Origin: Oscillospiraceae bacterium
GTDB lineage: Bacteria > Bacillota > Clostridia > Oscillospirales > Oscillospiraceae
Direction: 5' to 3'
Assembly: GCA_902789745.1 (NCBI GenBank)
Contig: CADAPH010000004.1
Coordinates: 314 to 64,313, forward strand
DNA: 64,000 bases
Below the pieces are notes generated by a model that was not told the DNA's origin, searched no databases, and worked only from the letters and a program-made list of their open reading frames with translations. Within the stretch, counting starts at the first letter, position 1. Every line of letters starts with the position of its first letter. Positions 6,610 to 15,547 of the stretch are shown here, one piece after another. The translations under genes were made by a program, and so were the position numbers.

Positions 6610-9600
6610 TCACTCCATTTCCAAAGCCTGCCGGATGCTCCGCTTGGTTTCCTGTTCCTTTTCCCGCTGCTGCGGCTTGCCGGACTGCACACGATCTGCT
6701 TTGAGCTGTGCGCGGATAGACGGCTTTTTGCCGTCCGGGTCGCGCTGCGGCGTTCTGCTGTCCTCGGCCTTGACCGCTGCGGCAAGCGCAGAGAGCGAAA
6801 TCACCTCGCCGCGCTTTGCCTTTTCTTCCAGCTCGTCCACGGACGGGGTGTTGTTGATCTGCCCGTCAATCATATTGTAGTTCTGCTCGGTGGACAGCTC
6901 CGCCGTGCGCATATAGTTTTCCTGTTCCCGCTGCTCGGCGGCAATGGCAAAGGCCTGTGTGCCGTTGCCCATGATAAGGTACTTGCCGTCATCGGTGCTG
7001 TGGTGATACCCATAGCCTGCGGCTTCCATCTGCTCACGGTTCATATCGGCAACATGGAAGCTGCCGCGCGGCGTTGAAATGCGCTCTCCGGTCAGGTGGG
7101 CGTCAGGGGCAGCGGATTCCTGCTGCTGGGCGCTGCGCTGCACGTCAATGGGCTTTTCCCCGGAGATAGGCTGAATACAGGAAATGTACCCTGCGGCGTA
7201 GTATGCGTTTTTATTAAGCTGGCGCTGCCATGCGCCGACGCTGGGTGCCCAGCGGAAGCCGTTTGCTTTCAGCTCGTCCCGCGCCGCTTCATCCGGCTTG
7301 CCGTCAAAGAACACTTGCAGACGGTTATCCGCTTTGTTTGCTTCCACGCGCCCGCCGTCAAATTCCCATCCGGCAAAATTGGTGTCCTCATGCTGCCGCA
7401 CCTGTTCAATGCGCCCACGGATGCGGCGAATCTCGGCATTGTTGTTGGAGAGCATATAGGCGGGATACGGCCGGCTCTTATCCAGATGCCAGGACTGCGC
7501 CATTTCCTGCTGCAATTTGGTGATCTGCTCCGGCGTCAGACTGGGGCAGCCCTCCAAAGTCTTATTCTTACGGAAATAGGCGTTGACGGCTTTCATGGTT
7601 TCCTGCGCCGATTCCAGCTTGACGAGCTTGGCTTCCAGCTTTGCCGCTGCCTGCGGGTCATCCATGCTGATACCGCCCATGCCTGTGCTGCGGATCTTGT
7701 CCAAAATCCCCTGAACATCCTGCCATTCCTGCATATTGCGGTCACGGGCGGCGTTTTGCTTCTCTTTCTTGCGAACGGGGAAATTGCTGCCGCCTGCAAC
7801 GAGGATCGAGGGAACACGGGCTTCAATGGCATAGTGGTCGTTCAGATTTTCCGCCAGCTTGCGGGCGTAGGTGTCCAGCAGCGCGTCAATTTTCTCATGG
7901 TACATGGGATCGACGCGCTCTTTCTGCCGCTGCGCAATCGCCGCTGCCTGATCTACCATCTGCCGATATTCGGCGGTGGCGCTGCCTGCGGCGTAGTCGC
8001 GGTAGCTGTTTGCATCGTTGGCACGGCGGGCAGCGCCCTCATTGATGGTGTAATACCTGACGGCGGTTTGCTCCGGCGCGGTATCTGCGGGCGGCGCTTT
8101 CTCCGGCTGCTCCTGTACGTCGGCGGGCTGCTCCTGCGGCTCGTAGCCATTGGCGGCATATTCCTCCACGGTCATGCCTGCGGCTTCGGCTTCCTGTGCG
8201 ATCTCACTTTCTACATGGGCTTTGTAGTCCTGAAGCTCTTTATCAAAATCGGAAAGCTGCGGCGGATCGGGCAAGTGATAATCGCCAGCGTTCAGCTTTT
8301 CCCGGCAAGCGTCCACATGAGCAAGAACTGCATGAAAATATGCCGTCTGCTCCGGCGTCAGATTTTCTCCATTTTCCAGCATATCCGCAGCGGTGCGCTC
8401 CTGCTCGGAGAGGTTACAATGCAGACGCATATACGGTACAAACTCGGTGAGAAGCGTTGCGCGCTCGGCCTTGTCCTTTTCCCACGCTTCCGCGCCCTCG
8501 TTGTGCAGCACAAAGTTTTTCCAGCTCTCGTCCTTGGCGTAGTATTCGTGATAGGCTTGGATATGGTCGATCAGAGCGCCGTCCCCGTCGCCAAAGTCCT
8601 GCCGCCCCTCGTAGCTGTCACGTTCCCCGTGGAATGTGCAGTCAATGCGGAATTTGGTTTTATCGTACCAGCCGCCTGTGTAACCGGGCTTCTCACGCTC
8701 GGAACGCTTTTCCTCGTCCAGCGCCTTAAAGAGCGCGTCGGCGCGGGCAAGTGGGAGCTGTTCACCCTCTTGCAGCTTATCGCTCTCGCTCCAAAGAATC
8801 GTCACGACGGGCTGCACCGCAGGATTAAGGGAGGTTGCTTCCTTGCCGGACACTTCCTCTTGGGCATGGAACATGGCAATCTGCTCGTCGCTCGCATAGG
8901 TCAGGTCGCCAAACTCCAAATCGTTCAGCTCGCCTTGGATCAGCGCAGCCAGCGATTCATACTGTCGGCTTTCAATCAGCACATCACCCAAATATTTTTC
9001 AATGCGGAAGTCCGCCAGGTTTGCGTATGCCTGAATGGGGACTTCATCATCCGTAACGGTCGTGTGTCCAATACCAACGGCGGACAGGTCGCTGAAATCT
9101 GCGCCGGAATGAAATTCTTCGCGGCAGTAATCGTCGATCAGCTTTTTCGCAAGCTCCAATTCAGCGCGTTCCCGTGCGGCGTCGCTCAGATGCAGAGAGT
9201 AAAGGCCGGAAACAGAGGAAAAGCCGACGTTGTTGAAAACATAGTCCACATCACTTTCTTTCAGCGCTCCGGCTGCGTAGTAATTTTCCCGCGTGGGTGT
9301 CGGGCTTACGCTGCCGGATGCAATGTCGTGATTCAAGCCCGTTTCCAAGTGCGTGCAGATTTTTCCGTCCACCGCCAGCGTCGCATAGTACCAACCTATG
9401 TAACCGTTGCTTTGCTGATCTGCGCCGTCGTTGAACTCCACATTCAGCAGCGTGTAGGGCTTCAAGCCCTTTTCTGCGGCAATGGCATTGTCCTGAAGCT
9501 CGCGTTCTTTGAGGGCGGTATAAGCAGTTTCCTTTGCAACGCGGATGATTTCAGGGTTATACCGCACCAATGCGCTATCGACAAGCTCCTGCTGTACCTT

Positions 9601-11853
9601 TTTGGTTTTGGCTTGCCGCGTCATGTGGTTGCCTAAAAACAGAGAGCTGCCGTTATCAAAGCGAAGGGAAATATCGCTTGTGCCGCGCCATTTTCCTGTG
9701 CAGGGCGAGGTTTCAATCGTGCCGGACGTGCAGCCGAACGCCTGCGCGATCACGCCGATTTTCTCCTGCATGGAGAGCGTTTCATACCGCTTGGCAATTT
9801 CAACAGCCTGTTTCTGTAACTCTGTCAGTGGTCGTTCCACTGGCGGAGCGTCAACCTGTGCTTCCTGCTGTGCGGCCTGCTCCGGCTGTAAAAACTCCGG
9901 CACTTCGGTATAGCCGCCGCGATCCAGATAGTGCGCCGTTTCCTGCTCGCCGCGATGCAGCACAATGACATCGGACATGGAAAGGCTATGCCCGGTAAAA
10001 TCCTGCGGCCTGTCCATATTGAAGCGAACGAAAATGTCCTCCAGCGTATCCGTATCGGAGAGCGGTGCGGTATAGACCAGCTCATAATTTTCGCGGTCAA
10101 CACGCAGCCCGGCGGCCTTTACCTGTTCCAGCGGCTCAAATCGGAGATCCCGCGTTGCGTCGCCGTCTTTAAGCTGATAAATGGAAAAGGTGTTCTCCGG
10201 CACATCCTGCGCAGCAGCCTGTTCCTGCTCTGCGGTGTGCTGCGCCTGAAGCTCTGCAAAATGCCCCTCGATTTCGGAAATAAGCTCGCTGGCGGCGGTG
10301 CGGATAGTTTCAAGGGATGCTTTCAGCTCCTTAATATCGCGGCCGCTGCTCCACCCGGCGACATAGCCAAAGGAGTAGTCCGACGTGTCCAGCCCGAAAT
10401 GCTGGCACACCGTATAGGCAACGCTTTCCGCCTGCACCTCGCGGGTGCTGCGGTCGGGGCGCTCCGCCTGCTCCGGCGCGTTCAGGTCAATATCGTGCAG
10501 CTTGGCATGGGCAATCTCGTGGATCGCCGTCTTAATGGTTTGCAGCTCGCTCATGCCGTCGTCAATGGCAATGCGCTTTTCTGCAAGGTCATAATAGCCG
10601 TGTGCGCTGCCGTCGATTTTTTCAAGTGTCACGGGAACGTGAGAGGTCAGCTTCAAGGCTCGCCAAAAGTCCTCGTACTGTTCCACATTGCCCGTGAGCG
10701 CGTCCACGGCAATGTCGGGAAGCTCCTTGCCCTCGGTCTGGCTCACATCGAATACCGACACCACCTTGAACGCCGGAATCGTCACCTCCTGCTGCTCCGT
10801 GACGGGCTTACCGTCTGCGCCGATGATGGGCTGCCCGGTGTCCGGGTCAGTTTTCGCCACATCCTTTTTGATTTTATAAGGTGCGGGCGCAAGGATTTTG
10901 ATGCCCTTTTCGCCGGATTTGACATGGCGTTCAAATTCGTCACGCCACTTTCCGTAGCCTGCGATAAGGGATGCGTCCGGCTTCTGCATGACAATCAGCA
11001 GCGTATTGTTCAGGCTGTAATTGTGGAAGCGGGACATGGCTTTCAGGTAATCCCGATACCTCTCACTTTCAAAAACCTCCTGTACGCCCTGTTCCAAATG
11101 CTCGGTGATCTCCTTGATTCTGCCCTGTGTGTCGGTGGCGTTCAGCACCAGCGGACGCACGGGGATTGGCTCGACAGGCAGCGCCGCGCCCTGCGGCAGC
11201 TCGTCCATATCCCGCTGGGGGCTGGGCTGCGCAGTCAGACGATATTCCTGCGGCACTTGGTTGGCTTTGTACCACTCCGCATAATCGTTGCCGTTATTGT
11301 AGACATAGCCATAATCGGTAAAAATGCCGCGATCCTCTTTAACCGCTTCGCGCCCATAGCTCTTGTAATCAAAGAACCTCTTGGCGGCATCCGGCAATTC
11401 CAGTTCGTCCAGATCGTCAATGAGGTAATGCCCGTAATCGTCGGAATTGTGTACGGTGGGATAAAGCCAGTAGCAGTCCAGATTGTGCGTCAGGTTGATT
11501 AAGTCCGCCGCGCTTGCCGCATGGTCGCCATACTGTGCGGCAGCGGCAAACTTGTCGCGTTCCTCGTTGCTGCGCTGGGTGAGCAGCGCGGCAAGATAGT
11601 TCAAATCGTCCAGACTTTCGCCGGGCTTCAAAGCTTCGCTCCACCCGTCCAGAGAGGAATGAAAGGCAGATACCTGATACTGTTCCGTGTCGCTCCCGTC
11701 TACGCCCAGCCGTTCAAAAACGGCTTTCATCGTTTCGGCGTCGGTGGGCAGCGATACCCATTCCGCAACAGGCGTTTCCTCGGTATGCCGTGCGGTGTTG
11801 ATAAGATATACTTCCAAAAGGTGTTCGTCCACGTCTGCGCTCCTTTCTGACAT
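6610..11853 (-). CDS. Large polyvalent protein: ArdA antirestriction + ArdC-like ssDNA-binding + zincin peptidase + YodL-like + DUF3560-like modules
   Basis: N-terminal ArdA-like 'EVYLINTARHTEE..AEWVSLP'. ArdC-N 'FHNYSLNNTLLIVMQKPDASLIAGYGKW'. Zincin 'HEIAHAKLHD'. YodL-like 'FSIYQLKD..FTGHSLSMSDVIVL'. DUF3560-like 'RLQVFFDGKPDEAARDELKANGFRWAPSVGAWQRQL'. The true start may be GTG at 11832, after the gaaaggag RBS. Confidence 0.9.
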   Translation of the reverse strand: MSERSADVDEHLLEVYLINTARHTEETPVAEWVSLPTDAETMKAVFERLGVDGSDTEQYQVSAFHSSLDGWSEALKPGESLDDLNYLAALLTQRSNEERDKFAAAAQYGDHAASAADLINLTHNLDCYWLYPTVHNSDDYGHYLIDDLDELELPDAAKRFFDYKSYGREAVKEDRGIFTDYGYVYNNGNDYAEWYKANQVPQEYRLTAQPSPQRDMDELPQGAALPVEPIPVRPLVLNATDTQGRIKEITEHLEQGVQEVFESERYRDYLKAMSRFHNYSLNNTLLIVMQKPDASLIAGYGKWRDEFERHVKSGEKGIKILAPAPYKIKKDVAKTDPDTGQPIIGADGKPVTEQQEVTIPAFKVVSVFDVSQTEGKELPDIAVDALTGNVEQYEDFWRALKLTSHVPVTLEKIDGSAHGYYDLAEKRIAIDDGMSELQTIKTAIHEIAHAKLHDIDLNAPEQAERPDRSTREVQAESVAYTVCQHFGLDTSDYSFGYVAGWSSGRDIKELKASLETIRTAASELISEIEGHFAELQAQHTAEQEQAAAQDVPENTFSIYQLKDGDATRDLRFEPLEQVKAAGLRVDRENYELVYTAPLSDTDTLEDIFVRFNMDRPQDFTGHSLSMSDVIVLHRGEQETAHYLDRGGYTEVPEFLQPEQAAQQEAQVDAPPVERPLTELQKQAVEIAKRYETLSMQEKIGVIAQAFGCTSGTIETSPCTGKWRGTSDISLRFDNGSSLFLGNHMTRQAKTKKVQQELVDSALVRYNPEIIRVAKETAYTALKERELQDNAIAAEKGLKPYTLLNVEFNDGADQQSNGYIGWYYATLAVDGKICTHLETGLNHDIASGSVSPTPTRENYYAAGALKESDVDYVFNNVGFSSVSGLYSLHLSDAARERAELELAKKLIDDYCREEFHSGADFSDLSAVGIGHTTVTDDEVPIQAYANLADFRIEKYLGDVLIESRQYESLAALIQGELNDLEFGDLTYASDEQIAMFHAQEEVSGKEATSLNPAVQPVVTILWSESDKLQEGEQLPLARADALFKALDEEKRSEREKPGYTGGWYDKTKFRIDCTFHGERDSYEGRQDFGDGDGALIDHIQAYHEYYAKDESWKNFVLHNEGAEAWEKDKAERATLLTEFVPYMRLHCNLSEQERTAADMLENGENLTPEQTAYFHAVLAHVDACREKLNAGDYHLPDPPQLSDFDKELQDYKAHVESEIAQEAEAAGMTVEEYAANGYEPQEQPADVQEQPEKAPPADTAPEQTAVRYYTINEGAARRANDANSYRDYAAGSATAEYRQMVDQAAAIAQRQKERVDPMYHEKIDALLDTYARKLAENLNDHYAIEARVPSILVAGGSNFPVRKKEKQNAARDRNMQEWQDVQGILDKIRSTGMGGISMDDPQAAAKLEAKLVKLESAQETMKAVNAYFRKNKTLEGCPSLTPEQITKLQQEMAQSWHLDKSRPYPAYMLSNNNAEIRRIRGRIEQVRQHEDTNFAGWEFDGGRVEANKADNRLQVFFDGKPDEAARDELKANGFRWAPSVGAWQRQLNKNAYYAAGYISCIQPISGEKPIDVQRSAQQQESAAPDAHLTGERISTPRGSFHVADMNREQMEAAGYGYHHSTDDGKYLIMGNGTQAFAIAAEQREQENYMRTAELSTEQNYNMIDGQINNTPSVDELEEKAKRGEVISLSALAAAVKAEDSRTPQRDPDGKKPSIRAQLKADRVQSGKPQQREKEQETKRSIRQALEME

Positions 11854-11945
11854 AAGGGTTTGGGACTATCCCAACAAGCAATCGCCGCCCGGTCTGTGCC
11901 GGACGGCGATTTTCGGGAGTTGTAGCCACACTCCCTATGCTTGCT
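11852..11945 (-). promoter_or_regulatory. Multi-hairpin leader-like element, copy B, upstream of the polyvalent-protein operon
   Basis: The reverse complement reads agcaagcatagGGGAGTGTggctACAACTCCCgaaaATCGCCGTCCGGcacagaCCGGGCGGCGATtgcttgTTGGGAtagTCCCAAacccttat. Flanks match copy A, but the middle hairpin is a different sequence that still pairs. Confidence 0.6.
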
Positions 11946-12086
11946 GCGTTACTGAATCGTTCTTTTATCTCCGTAAAATGCGTTCGGTCACGCTTTCAAA
12001 GCCACTTTTCGCATTTTCCATAGGAATACCCCGCATACTCCAAAAGCGTGTCTGGAAAACCGCTTGCCGCAAGGCTTTTGAAGCCC

Positions 12087-12455
12087 CTAAACCGTGACAC
12101 ACCGCGCCTTTGTCCGCTGGCGGCGCTTGCGCTCGGCTGCATTGCGCCGGGCAGCATAGGGCGCACAGCGGTCACAGTATTTTGCGCGGTTGCTGCGGGC
12201 GGGAAAGGGCTTACCGCACAGCTCGCATTTCTTGCGGGTGTCCGCCGTGGCTGCAAGATCCGCGCATAGCTCCCGGTCTGCGGGCAGCACCGCTTCCCGG
12301 AAGTATCGGCAGAGCAGCGAATAGCTGATGGCCTGCACACAGACGCACGGTTCGCCATCGTCCAGCAGCAGACAGCACCCGCGCACATTGTTAGCGCAAT
12401 GGCAGCGGGTCAGCTTTTTCACTCTGCGATGCTGCGCGTCATTCAGCCGGATCAT
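12087..12455 (-). CDS. Cysteine-rich VLP-type small protein (ICE-conserved)
   Basis: 122 aa. 'CHCANNVRGCCLLLDDGEPCVCVQ' and 'CELCGKPF..AKYCDRC' Cys clusters. Overlaps the topB stop. Confidence 0.65.
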   Translation of the reverse strand: MIRLNDAQHRRVKKLTRCHCANNVRGCCLLLDDGEPCVCVQAISYSLLCRYFREAVLPADRELCADLAATADTRKKCELCGKPFPARSNRAKYCDRCAPYAARRNAAERKRRQRTKARCVTV

Positions 12456-14530
12456 TTTCTCTGCTCGATACGGTAATTCACATACTTTTCTCCCGTATCA
12501 CACAGCAGCACCGTCCCGTCATAGGTCTTGCCCGTGCGCTCGGAGTACAGCCCTTTGACTTTTGCCTTGCCGTCCTTTAGGAGCGCAGCGGCGATCTTCT
12601 TGGAAAAGACGGTTCTCCGGCTTTCAAAGAATTTGTCATTCTTCCACATGACAAAGCGGCAGGAGCGGTCAGAGCAATAGAAATTCTTCTTGCCCTCATA
12701 GACGGGGCTTTTGCAGCGGGGGCAGATGCCAACTGCCTCCTTTTCCGGCGCGAACAGCTTTTTACCGTCCTCGGTGATGTGGGAATACCGCTTCACCAGC
12801 TCCCGCGTCATATCCTCGATTCCCTGCATGAAGCTCTGCGGGTCGTCGCAGCCCTTGGCAATCTCCGTCAGGCGGGTTTCCCATTCGGCGGTGAGCAGCG
12901 GCGATTTCAGCATATCCGGCAGAATAACGGCAAGATTGATGCCGTCCTTGGTCGGCACAAGACTTTTGCCCTTGCGCTCGACAAATCCGGCAGAGAGCAG
13001 CTTTTCGATCATCGCCGCCCGTGTTGCCGGAGTTCCCAGTCCTTGCCGCTCTGCATCCTCCGGCATATCTTCCTTGCCCGCGTTCTCCATTGCGGACAGA
13101 AGCGAATCCTCGGTGTAAGGCTTGGGCGGCGTGGTATAATGCTCGGAAACAGAAGCCGTGGCCGCTTCAAAAATCTGCCCCTCGGAAAGCTCCGGCAGCG
13201 CCGCATCCTCTGCGCCGTCCTCGTCCGGCTTTGCTTTGAGCGCGGCGCGAAAACGGGCGTCAATGTCTTTCCAGCCTGCCATCAGGATCGTTTTGCCCTT
13301 GGCGGTGAATTGCTTGCCGCCGCAATCAAAAACCGCCGTAACGGTTTCATACTCCTGCGGCGCGGCAACGGCACACAGCAGCTTGCAGCAGACAAGGGAC
13401 ATCAGCTTCTTTTCGCTCTCCGGCAGTCCATCAAAGCCGCTGCCAGCAAAGGCCGTCGTGGGGATAATCGCGTGATGGTCGGAAACCTTGGCGCTGTTGA
13501 TGACGCGCCCGATCTCCGGCATAAGCTCCGCGCCCTGCATAAAGGGAAGCACAGGCAGCAGCGCCGCAGCAAGGTCAGTTGCCGTCTGCGCCATATCCTC
13601 GGTGAGGTAATTGCTGTCGGTGCGGGGATAGGTCAGGAAGCGCTTTTCATACAGGCTTTGTGCATAGTCAAGGGTTTGCTTGGCGGTAAAGCCGTAAACG
13701 CGGTTGGCTTCCCTCTGCAAGGAGGTAAGGTCAAAGAGCTTCGGCGGCAGCGCAGTTTTCTTCTCCTTTTTGAGAGAAACGCAAACGGCCTGCGACGCTT
13801 CGCAAGCCGTTTTCAGCGCATCCGCAGCGGTAGCGTCGGAAATGCGTTCACTTTTCGCGTCCACGCCGCCGCAGCCGATATGTACGATGTGGTATTTTTC
13901 CTTGTGGAACATCGTAATTTTTCCGTCGCGCTCCACCAGCAGATTCAGCGTAGGCGAAAGCACCCGTCCCACATTCAGGGTCTTGTGATACAGCACGGAG
14001 AAAAGCCGCGTCGCATTGATACCCACAAGCCAATCTGCCCGCGCACGGCACAGCGCCGATTGATACAGCGCGTCGTATTCCGTTCCGGCTCGGCGTCCGG
14101 CAAAGCCCTCGCGGATGGCGCTGTCCTCCATAGAGGAAATCCAAAGACGGGAAAAGGGCTTTGTGCATCCGGCCTGCTCATAGACAAAGCGGAAAATCAG
14201 CTCGCCCTCGCGCCCGGCATCGCAGCCGTTCACCACCTCGGAAACGTCGCTGCGGTGCAGCAGTTCTTTCAGAACGGCAAGCTGCTTTTCCTTGCCGGGA
14301 GTAGGGGCATATTTCCATGCCTGCGGCAGAATGGGAAGATCCTCATAGCGCCACTTTTTGTATCGCTCGTCATAGCTGCCCGCGTCTGCCATGCTGATAA
14401 GATGCCCAATGCACCACGACACCAGCAGTCCGTCGCCGGAAAGATACCCGTCTTTTTGCTCCGCAGCGCCCAGCGCAAGGGCAACGGTCTTTGCCACAGA
14501 GGGCTTTTCACAAATAATCAAAACACTCAT
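12452..14530 (-). CDS. topB: DNA topoisomerase III (type IA)
   Basis: 692 aa. Toprim 'VLIICEKPSVAK', 'LTYPRTDSNYL' active-site Tyr region, C-terminal zinc ribbon 'CPRCKSPVYEGKKNFYCSD'. Confidence 0.95.
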   Translation of the reverse strand: MSVLIICEKPSVAKTVALALGAAEQKDGYLSGDGLLVSWCIGHLISMADAGSYDERYKKWRYEDLPILPQAWKYAPTPGKEKQLAVLKELLHRSDVSEVVNGCDAGREGELIFRFVYEQAGCTKPFSRLWISSMEDSAIREGFAGRRAGTEYDALYQSALCRARADWLVGINATRLFSVLYHKTLNVGRVLSPTLNLLVERDGKITMFHKEKYHIVHIGCGGVDAKSERISDATAADALKTACEASQAVCVSLKKEKKTALPPKLFDLTSLQREANRVYGFTAKQTLDYAQSLYEKRFLTYPRTDSNYLTEDMAQTATDLAAALLPVLPFMQGAELMPEIGRVINSAKVSDHHAIIPTTAFAGSGFDGLPESEKKLMSLVCCKLLCAVAAPQEYETVTAVFDCGGKQFTAKGKTILMAGWKDIDARFRAALKAKPDEDGAEDAALPELSEGQIFEAATASVSEHYTTPPKPYTEDSLLSAMENAGKEDMPEDAERQGLGTPATRAAMIEKLLSAGFVERKGKSLVPTKDGINLAVILPDMLKSPLLTAEWETRLTEIAKGCDDPQSFMQGIEDMTRELVKRYSHITEDGKKLFAPEKEAVGICPRCKSPVYEGKKNFYCSDRSCRFVMWKNDKFFESRRTVFSKKIAAALLKDGKAKVKGLYSERTGKTYDGTVLLCDTGEKYVNYRIEQRK

Positions 14531-15300
14531 TCTTCATTCTCCTGTTTATCGGGATCGCTGGCGCTGTCTGCGTCCTCATAATCCCCGTATTCTTCGGCTT
14601 CGTCATCCTCGTCAAAATCGAACTCGTCCAGCTCGTCGCCGCCCTTGACGCTGGATTTCGGCTTGCGCAGCTTGAAGTACCACAGCGTACCGCCGCCACC
14701 CGCAGCAAGGATCAGCACAAGGATCAGGATGCCGCCCACATTGCTGTTCTTCTCCGGCGTCGGCTCGTCTGGCTGTTCTGTTTCCTCCGGCGTTGCTTCC
14801 TTTCCGGCGCAATTCGTCATATCCATTTTGCAGAGGGCGCAGTTCGTATTGACCTTGCCAGCGGTGCATTTTTCGGTGCAGGAGCAGACAATGGGCGTAT
14901 TCTGGCTGTCGTCCTCCAGCAGCGCCATCAGGTCGGCTTCGTCCACGGGATTTAAGAAATATGTCTGATAGCGTTCTTCTTCCTCGTCCAGCAGCTTATC
15001 GTAGTCAATGACGATATACAGCGTGTGCCCATTTCGGGTTTCCACGGTGATAAATTGCTTATTGGTGTGTTTATCGTAGAGAAGATCGCGGGTCGCGGCG
15101 ATGCCGTCCTCGGTGAACGGAGTGCCGGGGGCAATCGTGTTGTCCTCCGGCTGCGTTTCCTCCTGCCACGTTTCAGGCGGCAGCTCGTCATCGTAGTAGT
15201 CGCCGCCGTCCGCATAAGCGACGGTGGCAAAGGCCGTCATGCACAGCACCGCGCAGAGCAGCGCGGCGAATACAGAGCGAAAATGCTTATTCCTCGTCAT
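14527..15300 (-). CDS. DUF4366/CD1107-type secreted, membrane-anchored conjugation protein
   Basis: Signal peptide 'FAALLCAVLCMTAFATVAYA', C-terminal TM 'GGILILVLILAAGGGG', acidic tail. Confidence 0.75.
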   Translation of the reverse strand: MTRNKHFRSVFAALLCAVLCMTAFATVAYADGGDYYDDELPPETWQEETQPEDNTIAPGTPFTEDGIAATRDLLYDKHTNKQFITVETRNGHTLYIVIDYDKLLDEEEERYQTYFLNPVDEADLMALLEDDSQNTPIVCSCTEKCTAGKVNTNCALCKMDMTNCAGKEATPEETEQPDEPTPEKNSNVGGILILVLILAAGGGGTLWYFKLRKPKSSVKGGDELDEFDFDEDDEAEEYGDYEDADSASDPDKQENEE

Positions 15301-15544
15301 CGGTCATGTCCTCCTGTTCGTGATAGGCGGTTTCCACGGGCGGCGCGTCATTTGCGCCGCCGCGCAGGAAATTCATCAGCTCGTCGCGGCTCATGCACAT
15401 AGAGCGGACAAGATTGACGATTTCAAAGTTCTCCTGCTCGGTGCGCTGGGCTTCCAGCTCTTTCAGTCTGTTTTGGTACTCGGTGATTTTGCCGCGGGTC
15501 TTTTCAATCTCACGGTCAATGCGGTCAATTTTGCTCATAGCCAT
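15287..15544 (-). CDS. DUF4315-type small coiled-coil protein
   Basis: 85 aa. 'KIDRIDREIEKTRGKITEYQNRLKELEAQR'. Conserved position in this ICE family. Confidence 0.65.
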   Translation of the reverse strand: MAMSKIDRIDREIEKTRGKITEYQNRLKELEAQRTEQENFEIVNLVRSMCMSRDELMNFLRGGANDAPPVETAYHEQEDMTDDEE

Positions 15545-15547
15545 AGG

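Noticed and set aside
7096-9636. 846-aa ORF on the + strand. Similar long ORFs occur at 9931-11502, 12779-14581, 20318-21157, 22466-23638 and 24571-26133
   Set aside because: All lie antisense to ICE genes with clear family motifs (polyvalent protein, TopB, VirB4, VirB6-like, T4CP). Their translations are R/G/H/L/C-rich with no recognisable motifs and no RBS context. They are typical shadow ORFs of GC-rich coding DNA.
147-11945. Reading the two inverted 80-95-nt copies as terminal inverted repeats of a composite transposon
   Set aside because: No transposase lies between or beside them. Each copy is positioned as a 5' leader of an operon, and the internal hairpin differs between copies. A regulatory or structural role seems more likely, and it is reported as a finding with inversion as a minor alternative.
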